Shown here piece by piece: positions 11,969-25,059 of a stretch of 64,000 nucleotides of DNA. The notes beneath the pieces were generated by a model. The model was not told where the DNA came from. It ran no database searches and saw nothing but the letters and a program-made list of their open reading frames with translations. This DNA is from Octopus vulgaris (taxonomy: Eukaryota), in contig OX597818.1 in the NCBI GenBank assembly GCA_951406725.2, positions 95,418,001 through 95,482,000 of the forward strand, read 5' to 3'. How positions within the stretch are numbered: the stretch's first letter is position 1; each line of letters begins with the position of its first letter. The position numbers and the translations under genes were made by a program.

Positions 11969-12081
11969 TTTTTGCTAGCAAAGGTTTTGTTGAATTTTCT
12001 GCTGTTTTTAAATAAAGCATATTACTCTACCACTGAGTACTCTTTTTTCCACCTTGTTTCACATTTATGTGTTTGCTCCAG

Positions 12082-12116
<35 letters not shown>

Positions 12117-12125
12117 GTATATATG

Positions 12126-12174
<49 letters not shown>

Positions 12175-12175
12175 G

Positions 12176-12206
<31 letters not shown>

Positions 12207-12240
12207 GTATATATATGTATATATATATATATATATATGT

Positions 12241-12277
<37 letters not shown>

Positions 12278-12330
12278 GACATATGTATGTATGTATGTAT
12301 ACATATATATTTCTTTTCTTTTCTTTCCAG

Positions 12331-12405
12331 TTCAACTTTGTCAACTGCTTCATGTCTCTGTTTTATATGGGTTTTTACCTGCAAGATGTCACTCTTCTAC
12401 GTAGT
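12331..12405 (+). CDS. ANO10: Anoctamin-10 exon (75 bp)
   Basis: polypyrimidine+ccag/gtgagt; [25 protein letters not shown]. Confidence 0.93.
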
Positions 12406-12952
12406 GTGAGTATACACTATACGCTATTTATAAGATGTATCTTTATGTGAATGCAGCTGTGTGTATATGAGTGAATGTGGCTGTAAGTCTGTGTCTCTGC
12501 TTGTCTCTTACACTTAACCCCTTTTACTGCAGAAATCAGATATATCCACTCAAAATTTCGTTACCCTTTACAGTGGGAAGCAGTTCTATCTTTTGGTGAG
12601 GAATGTCATGTTTGAAATTATTTTCTGTTGATATATCTTAAGCTTATTAAGGCAACATGACTTATAGAAAAATGCCAATTCTACTCTTTGGTAGATATTT
12701 AACATCCTTACTGGAATAACCATGACATTTAATTACACATTTAAAGGGTCAAGAGTTCCAGAGTACAGAAATATGTTGGAACAAATTTTATCCAAAAAGA
12801 CATTTGTTTAAGAGTACATCAGTTGAAACATGTTATTATTATAATGTATTGTTTTTGCTTAATTCACAGACTACATAGGCAAACTTTGCAATTTAGTATT
12901 ATTATGATCTGTACGTATATAAATGCTTATGTCCAAGTTAATGCATGAATTG

Positions 12953-12954
<2 letters not shown>

Positions 12955-12989
<35 letters not shown>

Positions 12990-13250
12990 TCATCTATCTG
13001 TCTGTCTGTTTGTCTGTATGTATGTATGTATGTATGTATGTATGTATGTATGTATGTATGTATGTATGTATGTATGTATGTATGTATGTATGTATGTATG
13101 TTTGTATGTATGTATGTCTATCTGACTATCTGCTTGTCTATCTGTCTATTTGTGTGTCTGACTGTTTATCTGCCTATCTGACTATCTATCAATTTGTTTG
13201 CTAATCTGGCTGTCTGTCTATCTATCTACCTATCTATCTATCTATCTAGA
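12955..13250 (+). repeat. (TCTA)n/(TGTA)n tetranucleotide microsatellite, one of many simple repeats in the window
   Basis: direct reading. Confidence 0.95.
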
Positions 13251-13438
13251 CAGACAAGCAGATAGACTGTGTGCCAACTTGATGTACACACACATCATGC
13301 ACAGACAATTTTACTACTGTTTAAGATTCGTTTTGTTAAATCTTTACTTAAACTGCTAATGGACCAATACATACTCAAATGACTCCTTAACCAAGTATTC
13401 AAATGTATGCAATAACTGATGTTTTCTGTTGCCTTTAG

Positions 13439-13633
13439 GATTTGGTGGCACTGTTGATTACTCAACAAGTTATTGGTCAACTGCAAGAGTCAGCCTTGCC
13501 TTTCCTGATTTTGAAGTTTTGGACAAAGAAGGTTGATAAAGATGCTGGAAAGGGTGAAAAATGGGAAGAGGAAGGACTCCCCCAAGAGTTGATACAGCAA
13601 GCTTATGATGAAGCTTCATTGGAGAAATACTTG
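13439..13633 (+). CDS. ANO10: Anoctamin-10 exon (195 bp)
   Basis: ctttag/gtgaga; DLVALLITQQVIGQLQESALPFL...QAYDEASLEKYL. Confidence 0.9.
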
Positions 13634-14461
13634 GTGAGATATTTAGGATCAAAAGTAAAACCTTTTTGCTGACTATTTTTAACAGTTCCCCACTCATCTA
13701 TTTTTTACCTGTCATCCCTAGGTCCAACCCTATATCATGGTATCACCATTCTCTGCACAAAGGAATGTCACACAACTTTAATGAGTGACACTGGATAGTT
13801 TTGTAGGAGGTAGCAATAAATCCTCCACCCCTTTAAGAATACTTTAACTTGTGATACTTTTCTTCAGTCTTTCCAACAACCTATGCCTTTTTATTTATGT
13901 TGTAAGGGAGCGAAAGCATGCACTTTCATTCTGTTTTACATCTGTTTTTCCATGGTAGCATGGATTTGACAAATATATTATCAAATCATTGTTTCACATG
14001 TCTTCAAGGGCATGAAGCAAGTAGACAATTTGTTGACTGGAAGGATAAACAGCAACAACATGATTGGTTGCAACTTTCACAGTGTGCAGATGCAAAAGAA
14101 CAAACACATATGCACGCACGCACACACACACACACACACACACAAAACCACAATCACACACACACACATACATATTCACACATATCCACATATGTGTGCG
14201 CATGTGGGTGTGCATATAACAGGTTTCCCTCTGCTTCCAGTTACCAAATTCACTCACAAGGCCATGGAGTGGCCCAGGGCTACAGCACCTAATCAAAGTG
14301 CTGCACAGTGGTGGTGAGTACCTGAAACTACATGCTTGGGGAGTGAACTGCCTAACTACACAGCTTTGGAGATAATTTATACAGAAATACATTAGCGGTG
14401 ATGTCATAAGTTCAAGCCTTTTTGTAGTTATTACACTTTGTCAAAGTGAAGTGTAGATAAA

Positions 14462-14699
14462 TCTACTTATTTCTTTACTGCCCACAAGGAGCTACACACA
14501 GTGGGGACAATCAAGGACAGACAAACGGATTAAGTTGACTACATCAACACCAGTGCGCACTGGTACTTATTTAATCATCCCCGAAAGGATGAAAGGCAAA
14601 GTCGACCTTGCCGGAATTTGAACTCAGAACTTAAAGATAGGCAAAATACCGCTAAGCATTTCACCCAGTGTGCTAACGTTTCTACCAGCTTGCCGCCTT
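14462..14699 (-). mobile_element. SINE family A full-length copy (others near 2100-2500, 6110-6320, 8038-8233, 15350-15580, 21900-22053, 24725-24840, 35815-36035)
   Basis: reverse complement of taaggcggcaagctggtagaaacgttagcacactggg...ccgaaaggatgaaaggcaaagtcgacc core and ccccttgtgggc tail. Confidence 0.85.
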
Positions 14700-16476
14700 A
14701 AATCTACTTACTTTTGTCTACGTGAAAGGCAAAAGATATCATTCCCATCTGATAGGTAAGTGGTCAAAAGAGAGCCACAAAGTGAAAAGGAGAAATATCA
14801 CCATCATCATCATCATTCAACATCCGTTTCTTGTGCTGGCATGGGTTGGACAGTTTGACAGAAGCTGGCGAAACAGAGGACTGCACCAGGCTTTACTGTC
14901 TGTTTTAGCTTGGTTTTTATGGCTGAATGCACTTCCTAATGCCAACCACCTTACAGAGTGAACTGGGTGCCTTTTACAGTATATATAAATTATTTCCTTA
15001 TTTTAATCTAAACAAAGTTGCTATTATATTTACACACTTAAAACAAAAGATCAACCCTTATCTCATCTTAAAATATATTTTCTGTTATCTTCCAACATAG
15101 TTTATCTTTTAACTCACTTTACAATTCATGATTCATCTCTTATCTTATGATTCATCTCATCCTATAAATGATTGTTTTTGTGTTTCATCCTTCCATTAAT
15201 TTATTTCACCTAATAACTAGCCAATCTTGATCTTACTAGGAAGTCTTCATGCAGTCACTTGACCTACTATAAATAGCAATCAAATGTTCCTCAAATCATA
15301 CCCAGCCATTTTAACCCTTTTAGATTATACCCTTGCTGCTGTTTTTACTATCTTATTTCTGTACTGCCCACAAGGGGCTACACACAGAAGTGACAAACAA
15401 GGACAGACAAAGGGATTAAGTCGATTATATCGACCCCAATGCGTAACTGGTACTTAATTTATCGCCCCCAAAAGGATGAAAGGCAAAGTCAACCTCAGCG
15501 GAATTTGTACTCAGAACATAACGGCAGACAAAATACCGCTAAGCATTTCACCCAGCATGCTAATGTTACTGCCAGCACGCTGCTGTTTTTACTATCTTAT
15601 CACCAAGTAAATGATATACATTTTTTTACTGTATTATTTATGTTTCCACCAACATAAAGTTTTGAATATCAAGCCAAAACTACATCCCCAAAGACTAGGA
15701 TTCTTCCTTTGAATTAAAAATCACTTCAGCCTGGATTAGTGACTGAACTTCTATGAAGCTATACCTTACTGTAATATCTACTTACAACTAAGTGAAGTGA
15801 ATTATTGTAACCAAGTATTTGGGCCATGAATACACCCTAGCACCTGTGACAAGATATAAAATAACAAACAAGACAGTTTCTACATGGTTGTACAGCCTGC
15901 AAGAATTTCCAGTCAAATATCCCTGAAATCACCACTCTGCTATGTTAAAAAAGGAAGGACACATAGAATAATGAAATCCTATAGTGATATTTCTGATTAA
16001 AAGACTGAATGGTTACTGATAGAAGAAAAACAATTGACTCAGAAAAACGAACAGGTACAGGCATGGTTGTGTGGTTAAGGAGTTTGCTTTGCAACCATAT
16101 GGATTCAAGTTCAGTCCCACCATGCAGCACTTTGCGCAGGTGTCTTCTTCTGTAGTCCTGGGCCAGCATTGCCTTGTGAGTGAATTTGGTAAATGGACAC
16201 TATGTGGGAACCCATCTTCTATATATGTACATATATATATATATTGTATAAGATATAAGTTAGAGGTAATATAACCATCTAAGGGATAGAGGTATCCAAA
16301 GGCACTCCTGGTATTACCTCAGTATGTATGGTCCTTGTTATAAGGTATATGGTAGCAGGTAATTTAAAAGGTAAAACCGTGGTTTAATATATATAAAAAC
16401 GATAAGAAATGGAGCAATAATAAGAGTTAGAAATGGGTCATTGGAGTTTTAAAGTCATTTAATTAAGATGAGAGTA

Positions 16477-16555
16477 TGTTTACAGCTGTTTCAGTATATC
16501 AAGCTGGGGTAAATTTACATTTACCTTATTGCAAGTGATAGATATCATCAGCACA
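16477..16555 (-). ncRNA. Type I hammerhead ribozyme-like motif with intact core
   Basis: minus strand TGTG-CTGATGA-tatc...gata-tact-GAAAC-AGCT-GTA-AACA; perfect CUGAUGA and GAAA, palindromic stem III ACAGCTGT, GUA cleavage triplet; stem I has one mismatch. Confidence 0.65.
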
Positions 16556-16814
16556 ATTATATGGAAAAGATAAATAGAAGTAAAATAGAAAGAAGATTTA
16601 AGGAAAAAAAAAGTAAAATGTTCGTTAATTCAATCATCTTACATTTTAGTGAGATCCATAATTCAATATATCAGTTGGAGGATAGAAGAGAAGAGAGTTA
16701 GTTAAATCCAAGGTCTTATAATTAGTTTCATATTTCCAAGTGTTCATAGGTTCTAACATCTGGTGCTAATGGCTAGCCATTATCATCAGAGAAAGGTAAT
16801 TAAAATTCATTAAA

Positions 16815-17884
16815 ATGACAGATCTGTCGGGCTTTCAAAGAGGTCAATTTATTGGTGCTCGTATGGCAGGCGTTAGCATAATGGAAACAGCTGAAATGTT
16901 TGGTGTATCAAGTACTGCCTCAAAAGTAATGACAGCCTTTAAGAAAGAGGGAAAAACCTAACCTCCTCATCGAAACAAAACTCTGGAAGAAAGCCAAAAC
17001 TTTCAGGTAGGGACCATCGGACTCTTACACAAATTGTTAGAAAGGATCACAAAAGTACAGCTCCCAAAATTACTGCAGAGATTAATGACCACTTCGAGAA
17101 CCCAACTTCCATAAAAACTGTTTGCTGGAAACTGCACAAAGCCAGATTTCACAGGATGGCTGCAATCAGAAAACCACTACTTTCAAAAATAAACATTGCA
17201 TTTAGAGTAGAGTGAAAACTTACAGAATAGGTCCTTAAAGCAGCGGAAGAATGTTATTTTCTTGGTCAAGTCATCCTTTACCTTATTTCCAACCACCGGG
17301 TGAGTATATGCATGGAGACAGGCAAAATAAGCATTTGACTCAGACTGCCTTCTTCCAACTGTTAAACATGAAGGAGGATCTGTGATGATCTGGGGGGCTA
17401 TATCTTGGAAATCTGTCAGCCCAATGGTTTCCCTTCATGGCAGAATTAATAGTCAAGACTATTTTAGCAGTTTATCTGATCAAATTCATTCAAATGTTGC
17501 AGAACTGTTTCCGGAGAGAAAAACAATCTTTCAGGATGATAATACACCAATTCAGACAGCTAAAGTTGTTACTGAATGGCACAAGGAACATTCTAGTGAA
17601 TTTGAACATCTTATCTGGCCACCACAGTCCTCAGATCTCGATGTTATTGAACATTTATGGTGTATTTTAGAAAAACAAGGAGTCAATATCCTCCACCATC
17701 ATCACTACAAGAACTGGAGACTGTTTTAGCTGAAGAATAGGCAAAAATTCCTTTGAAAACAATTCAAATTTTGTACAAGTCCATACCTCATAGAATTCAG
17801 GCTGTAATTACTGCCAAAGGTGGTCCAACCCCATATTAAAATAAATTTGTTTGAAATGTTTCCATTATTTTGTCCAACCCCCGT
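16815..17884 (+). mobile_element. Tc1-family DNA transposon, decayed transposase with 3' TIR
   Basis: MTDLSGFQRGQFIGARMAGVS HTH start; GGSVMIWGAISW; FQDDNTPIQ...WPPQSSDLDVIEHLW (Tc1 DDE); 3' end ttccattattttgtccaacccccg followed by TA. Confidence 0.88.
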
Positions 17885-17895
17885 ATATATATATA

Positions 17896-17933
<38 letters not shown>

Positions 17934-19066
17934 AATGTCTGTCTTCCTTGCTGGCATGGGTTGGATGGTTTGACAAGAGCTGCCAAGCCAGAAAGCTGCA
18001 CCAGGCTCCAATTGTCTGTTTTGATATGTTCTACAGCTAGATGCTCTTCCTAACACTAATCACTTTACAGAATGTACTTGGTGCTTTTTACATGGCACTA
18101 GCACAGATGACTTCATCTTGTTGATCATCATCATCATCATCATCATCATCGTCATTGTTTAATGTCCGCTTTCCATACTAGCATGGGTTAGACGATTTGA
18201 CTGAGGACTGGCGAACCAGATGGCTGCACCAGGCTTCAATCTTGATCTGGCAGAATTTCTACAGCTGGATGCCCTTCCTAACACCAACCACTCCGAGAGT
18301 GTAGTGGGTGCTTTTACATGCCACTGGCACGGGGGCCAGTCAGGCAGTACTGGCAACAACCTCGCTCGAATGTGCCACCGGCGTTGATGTCTCACATTAA
18401 TAGTGAGACACCTATACGCTATTAGATTTAAGTGGCAAAAGTTTGTACAACACTTCTGTCACTCTCTCAGCCTCCATAGTATGTTCTGGTGACAAGTATT
18501 GCAAGATGTTTGACACTATTTTGATTGCAAGTTTTATGCCAGAGTACCTTTCTCTTAGAAGAGTTGCCTTCCCCATGGCTTTATCAAAAATAATGGGAAC
18601 CTCCTCTACCCCTGGGAAATCTATTTAACTCATAGATGGGACCCTGACAGGTACTGTCAAAATGGACTTGGGAGTAATGGCAATTAAGGGGTGACTCCAT
18701 ACTCCCCAGAACTCCAGAACTCCCAAACTGGAGCCTCACATACAAGTGGATATAAACACACACACACACACATATATATATATGTGTATATATATATATT
18801 TATCATCATCATCATCATCATCGTTTAACATCCTTTCTCCATGCTAGCATGGGTTGGACAGTTCGACCAGGGATCTGGGAAGCCAGAAGGCTGCACCAGG
18901 CTCCAGTCTGATCTGGTAGTGTTTCTACAGCTGGATGCCCTTCCTAACGCCAACCACTCCGTGAGTGTAGTGGGTGCTTTTTACGTGCCACCTGCGCAGG
19001 TGCCAGGCGAGGCTGGCAACAGCCACGATCGGATTGGTGCATTTTACGTGTCACTGGCACGGAAGC

Positions 19067-19109
<43 letters not shown>

Positions 19110-19277
19110 GTTTGATCGTTGATGATCTTCTTCTAGCATTCTGGCCGGCTACCTAGCAGGCCAGCCCTGCCAATATACACATATATTTGAATTTTCTCTG
19201 ACTCCTCAGATTTTTTGAATGCTGGACTACTGGTTTTAAATTGATATTAAAATTAATATTAATTTATCTCCCTCAAT

Positions 19278-19336
<59 letters not shown>

Positions 19337-19384
19337 TGTATGTATGTATATGTATATACATATGTGTGTGTGTGTGTGTGTGTA

Positions 19385-19602
19385 TACGGTGGGGAGCAGA
19401 AAAGTTCCTGACTTTAAGGCTATTGTGAAAAGCCTGGTTGGAGGCCCAACCTTCAGAGTTTTACAAGGCTTAGAAAAACCGAGGGACTGTTGCAATAAGT
19501 GTGTGAATATGACAGGGGAATATGTTGAATAAAACCATGATTAACTGATCCTCCAGTATTTTCTTTTACCCAAAACCAGGAACTTTTCAGCACTTCCTCA
19601 TA
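19385..19602 (+). mobile_element. Mariner-derived MITE / internally deleted element
   Basis: imperfect TIRs gcagaaaagttcctg / caggaacttttcagc, TA at both ends; interior encodes mariner-like C-terminus LQGLEKPRDCCNKCVNMTGEYVE*. Confidence 0.7.
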
Positions 19603-20594
19603 CATGTGTGTGTGTGTGTGTGTGTGTGTTTTTGTTTTTCCCCTTCACTGCTTGATAGCCAGCGCTGGTATGTTTTCATCTCTGTAACTTACCAGCTCAG
19701 CAAAAGAGGCAGATAGAATGCATGCCAGACTTTTAGTCTGCTAAACCCTTCAAGATGGTGCCCCAGGATGGCTGCAGTCCAATAACTGAAACAAATAAAA
19801 GAATAAAAAGACCAACAAAATAAGTAAAGCAAGGGATCCCTGGATTACACCTAGTTGCTTGATTAATTAGCTATGGGCCCCCAAGTTAGCTCAAGTTGGT
19901 GCTGCTCTAGAAACAACAACCAACTCTACATTAAACCAACAAGGCAGCCACTAAGTGGCCACTCTAGCCACAAGAAATAGCAACCAAAGTTTCCTCTGAT
20001 TAGACTTTCAATTAGGGCTCAACAATAAAAACAACAATGGACTTTAATCTTTGTCCAGTTAACTTTACCATTTAATCTCTAATCTTATAATCTCCTTTTA
20101 GTTTATCTCAGAATGAGTGATAACACAAATTCTCACAGATCTATTAGCAGAATTTAAAATGTAATCTTTCTGTAGGATAGTAAAGGCAAGTGGCCTAGTG
20201 GTTATGATGTTGGCCTCACAATCATAAGGTTGTGGGTTAAATTCACATTCAAGGAGGCATATTATATCCTTGAGCAAGGTACTTCATTTCCTGTTGATCC
20301 AGGCTACTGAAACAACTGATAGTGCATATCTCTCTATCTCTCTCTCTATCTATCTCTCCCTTGCTCTCTCTTTTTCTCTCACTTGCTAGCTGTTACAACC
20401 TCAATGATGCCTTGAATCAAGGGTGAGAGTTGAGAAGGTGTATATGCCTGCTCACATCTGCATAGACACCCAAAGCGACAAGCAAAAGCAGGTTGCAATG
20501 TTTCAAGTCATAATCACATGCAAGTAACGGCTGTGTTTCTTTTTAGCTTGTACAACTGTTCAATTCTTTTTCTTGTACTTTATATATATTTCAG

Positions 20595-20786
20595 GGCACT
20601 TTAGATGACTATTTGGAGCTTTTCCTACAATTTGGTTATGTATTCCTGTTCTCATCTGTCTACCCACTTGCAGCATTTTGGGCTCTTCTCAACAACATAT
20701 TTGAATTGCGCATTGATTCATTCAAAATGTGTTGTGTCTTCCGACGTCCATTTCCACTCTCTGCATCAAGCATTGGTGCTTGGCAG
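20595..20786 (+). CDS. ANO10: Anoctamin-10 exon (192 bp; Ca2+-binding transmembrane region)
   Basis: tttcag/gtaagt; [53 protein letters not shown]...SIGAWQ. Confidence 0.96.
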
Positions 20787-20922
20787 GTAAGTAACTGTTG
20801 TGAAGGATCTCCACTCGAAACGTTAAATCCTCCTTCTTTCTTTCCTTTCCTGGGCGTCCAATAACACTATACTTATTCCACGTCCTCACGTTGTTGAGTT
20901 TTCTCTTTGTTCATGTTTGGAT

Positions 20923-20959
<37 letters not shown>

Positions 20960-21124
20960 CAATAAATGGTGGGGTTGTGTTGACCACACGTGGAGAAATG
21001 ATAGGAGAGGGAAAATTTATAAAAAAAGCAGAATTGAAGGTAAATTTTAATAAAAATGGGTGTATGGAAAATTAAAAAAATAATAACTAAGAGTTATAAA
21101 TTTTCCCTCTCCTATATATATATA

Positions 21125-21155
<31 letters not shown>

Positions 21156-21172
21156 ATATATGTATATGTATT

Positions 21173-21205
<33 letters not shown>

Positions 21206-22656
21206 TATGTATAATTGAGTAACTCCTTTAATTGATTATGAGAAAATTAATCAATTAAAGGAGTCATTGGAAACAGCCATAATGAATTGACATCTGTACC
21301 GCTTTGTTATTCACTTATATTTTATTCACCTATCCTGGAATCTACACTTCATAAATATTATAAATAGTATTTTTAATATGAAGTACATGTCTGAATAGCT
21401 AAGAGCAGATTTCTTCCCTCAGCTGGGCCTTATTATCTGCATACACTGCAAGCATACCATGTGGCCGGCACTTATGCACCAAGTCTGATATTCACTTAAT
21501 ATTGTTGAGTATACATGTTACTCAGACCTAACAAGTTGTTTCAACTGAATCTTAATTGTGTGTGTGTGTGTACATGTACTGGAAGGCTTCGGGTATATTT
21601 CAGTTGGTGGATGGATCGATTACCCTGTAGAATCAGGAGACAGAGAATGACAGGCAATCTAAATGAAGATATTTTTTATGACCTAAATATGTGGTATACT
21701 TACATAATTATCCAGAAATTGTATCTGTACGAAATATAACGAGCAGGGGAGTCAACTCAGGATTTGTTTTTGCTTTCATTGAAGTATAAACATCTCCACA
21801 CTCACTAGAATCCTGATTAGGGAATATATTGCTGTACCATAATGGACGTAGGGAGATGACAGAAGATAATTACCCAGGTAGCTGTCTACGCGAAGAATAT
21901 TTATTTCTTTATTGCCCATAGGGGACTAAACATAGAGGAGACAAACATGGACAGACAAAGGGATAAAGTTGATTACATGGATTCCAGTGTGTAACTGGTA
22001 CTTATTTAATCGACCCTGAAAGGATGAAAGGCAAAGTTGACCTCGGTGGAATTCGTACATGAAGAATATTGGACAAGTAATGCCTATTATATATACAGGC
22101 ATGTTGTGTATGAGGATGTGTGTGTGTGTGTGTTTGCTTGACAGCAGGTGTTGGTGTGTCTGTGTCCCATAACTTATTCAGCAGTAATGACCAATAGAAT
22201 AAATATTAGACTTAGAAAAAAATAAGTACTGGGGTCGATTCGTTCAACTAAAATTTTCCAGGCAGTACCCCAGCATAGCTGCAGTCAAATGACTGAAACA
22301 AGTAATAGATAAAAGATATATATATATACATACATACTCTATGTGGCACCAGCACTAGTGGGGTCATCGTGTAATTCACAAGAATAAGATTCACCTTGAC
22401 TGTAGTAAAGAGGGAGGCAACTTTATGTTGGGTGTTGAGAGGTTAAAATATGAGAGATGGGTAGCAACAGGTTTCTTTCTGTAGAGGAGTTACATGGCTA
22501 CCTTGTATTATAAAAGAATGGGTAAGAATAATCCTTATGGAACTGTGAAGATAGACAAAGAGGGTGGAGGTAATGTATCAGAGCGAGGTGTTAAGTTAGA
22601 AGAAAGTGAACAGAATCAGAAGGATGCATAGAGGTTGCAAGAGTTAGATGTAGTGA

Positions 22657-22700
<44 letters not shown>

Positions 22701-22839
22701 CTACATACATACATAATACATACACACAACACACATCTTTTGATCTTAAATATGCTGAAACTACACTGATTCTGGTTTCCTTACATGACCAGAATCCATG
22801 CTACACCTCAATTTCTAGAATACATATGTGTGTGAGCAT

Positions 22840-22879
<40 letters not shown>

Positions 22880-22898
22880 ACACACACACGCGCGCACG

Positions 22899-22967
<69 letters not shown>

Positions 22968-23236
22968 AATGGTAAAGAATTGAGGTAATGTAAGAGAATT
23001 CAAAGGTGTATCATGATCCCAGTGTACAGGTGATCCATTAATTAAATACTCCAAATCATCAGAAGGATGTGGAAGGTCCGTGTGAGCATACAATAACAGG
23101 CAAAATATTTTATGTTTAATTTTCCATCTGAAACTTTCGCCAAATGTCAAACTAATATTTTCACTATGTACAACCATTTGACTTTTGCTGAGTTTGTTTT
23201 TGTTCTTGAATTTGTTGTTCAGTGCTGATTTGCTAA

Positions 23237-23277
<41 letters not shown>

Positions 23278-23279
<2 letters not shown>

Positions 23280-23520
23280 AAATAAATATAAGAGAGTGGT
23301 CACTATATTGCTCACTCTAGCACCAGTTAATCCAAAAGGTTTCAACCACGAAAATACATGTTTCCCATGAAAGCCAGTACGACTGTTAGCTCACACGGAC
23401 AGGGCAAATAAAAATAACAAAAATACAGATTCATGGGAAACATGTATTTTCGTGGTTGAAACCTTTTGGATTAACTGGTGCTAGAGTGAGCAATATATAC
23501 CACTCTCTTATATTTATTTT
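23278..23520. repeat. Near-perfect inverted repeat, about 90-bp arms, next to (TA)n
   Basis: ttgctcactctagcaccagttaatccaaaaggtttcaaccacgaaaatacatgtttcccatgaa vs its exact reverse complement at about 23431-23494. Confidence 0.9.
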
Positions 23521-23641
23521 GTAAAAATATTATAATATGTTATAAAATATTATAATAATCCAGGTTTCTCGTAGCACTAGGCCACTTGGTGTGGAATAAA
23601 TATACTATTAAATTAGTATCTAATTCTCTCACCCTTATTAA

Positions 23642-23687
<46 letters not shown>

Positions 23688-23836
23688 ATAAAAATGGTAA
23701 GACAACAAAAGAATGAAAGAGACCTTGATATTATGCAAATAGAAGAATTATCTGTAAAAGTAATATGTGACAATTATTTGGTAGCCATGATAAAACATAC
23801 ATACATACAAATTATCTTCTTTGTATACTTTACTAG

Positions 23837-23971
23837 ATGATGTTTGAATTAATGGGTAAGATAGCTGTGATGACCAATTGTATCATTATTGGATTAAACC
23901 CTCAAGTACAAAAGTTGGTGCCTGGACACCAAACACCTGTTCAACTTGTTGTCATAGTTGTAATTCTGGAG
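23837..23971 (+). CDS. ANO10: Anoctamin-10 exon (135 bp)
   Basis: tactag/gtatgt; MMFELMGKIAVMTNCIIIGLNPQVQKLVPGHQTPVQLVVIVVILE. Confidence 0.92.
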
Positions 23972-25059
23972 GTATGTATACCTTTCCCATTCACTAGTAT
24001 TAAATTTGCACTCATGTTACTATTTGTTATGTATGCTCAATGAGGCTATCAGTATTATTGTATTATTACAAAAAATTGAACCATTGAGTGTGAGTATAAC
24101 TCTCCCTAGACACAACAAAGTATTAATGTTATATGTGGTTGTAATCTCAATATTGACATAGTTCTAACATTCCAGTATAGTTATCAACTAAATATATAGA
24201 AAATATATAGAAGTATGTAGTTATACTTCTAACATAATTATTATAGTCCAATATAGTTATAATTCCAGTATAAGTATTGATTTAATTGAGACTCTAGAAC
24301 TTTTTTTAAAAATTTAAATAAGCCCTTTGCTCCTCTTATGGATCACAGACCATTGGTAACATTTCTCTACTGTTGCTGACTCTGGATTATCTTTTCTGCT
24401 TCTCATTAGTTGGATCCCTGTTGTCTTTTGGATCTTGCTACTCTGCATTATATGTTCCCCTGAGGGAAGGCCTTCCTCTCCCAGGTCTCGTTAGTTTTTG
24501 AATTGCCATTGCTGCTTCTATAATTATGCTTTTCTTTCTAGGTAGAGGTGTTAGCCCCTATGCAAAACCATTTTTACCTTTGGGAAGAGGTGATCCATGT
24601 TATTCTGGCCTTTGTCCTTTGACCTGTCCAGCATAGGAAGCCCAGTTCAGAACTTGCAGTCCACTGACATAGTTCTCAGAGTTATCAAGGCCTGCAAGCC
24701 ACCACACTGCAACAAGAACTGGAACTTGTGATGGACAGTCATTAGAGTTGGGCATAAAATACCTTGCAGTATTTTTCCAATTCTTTGCATTCTGAGTCCA
24801 AGTCCCACTGAAGTTAACTTCACCTTTCATCCTCTTGAGGGGAATAAAAAAAATACTGATCCAGATCAGTGAAGATGCAGAACTGCAAGAACATTGAACT
24901 AGATGCTTTTGATATTTGTTCTGACTCTTTAGATTCTGAGTTCAAATTCCACCATTGCTTATTTGGGGGTAGATTTAATCTGTTTTCCAGTTTAATACTA
25001 CCACCATTACCATAATGACTTCCAGTTCTTTGAAAACTTATGGTTCGGCAATGAGTCTA

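Noticed and set aside
23445-23480. GAAACC-TTTT-GG in the 90-bp inverted repeat as another hammerhead
   Set aside because: No CUGANGA box or stem I partner found upstream; counted only as an inverted repeat.
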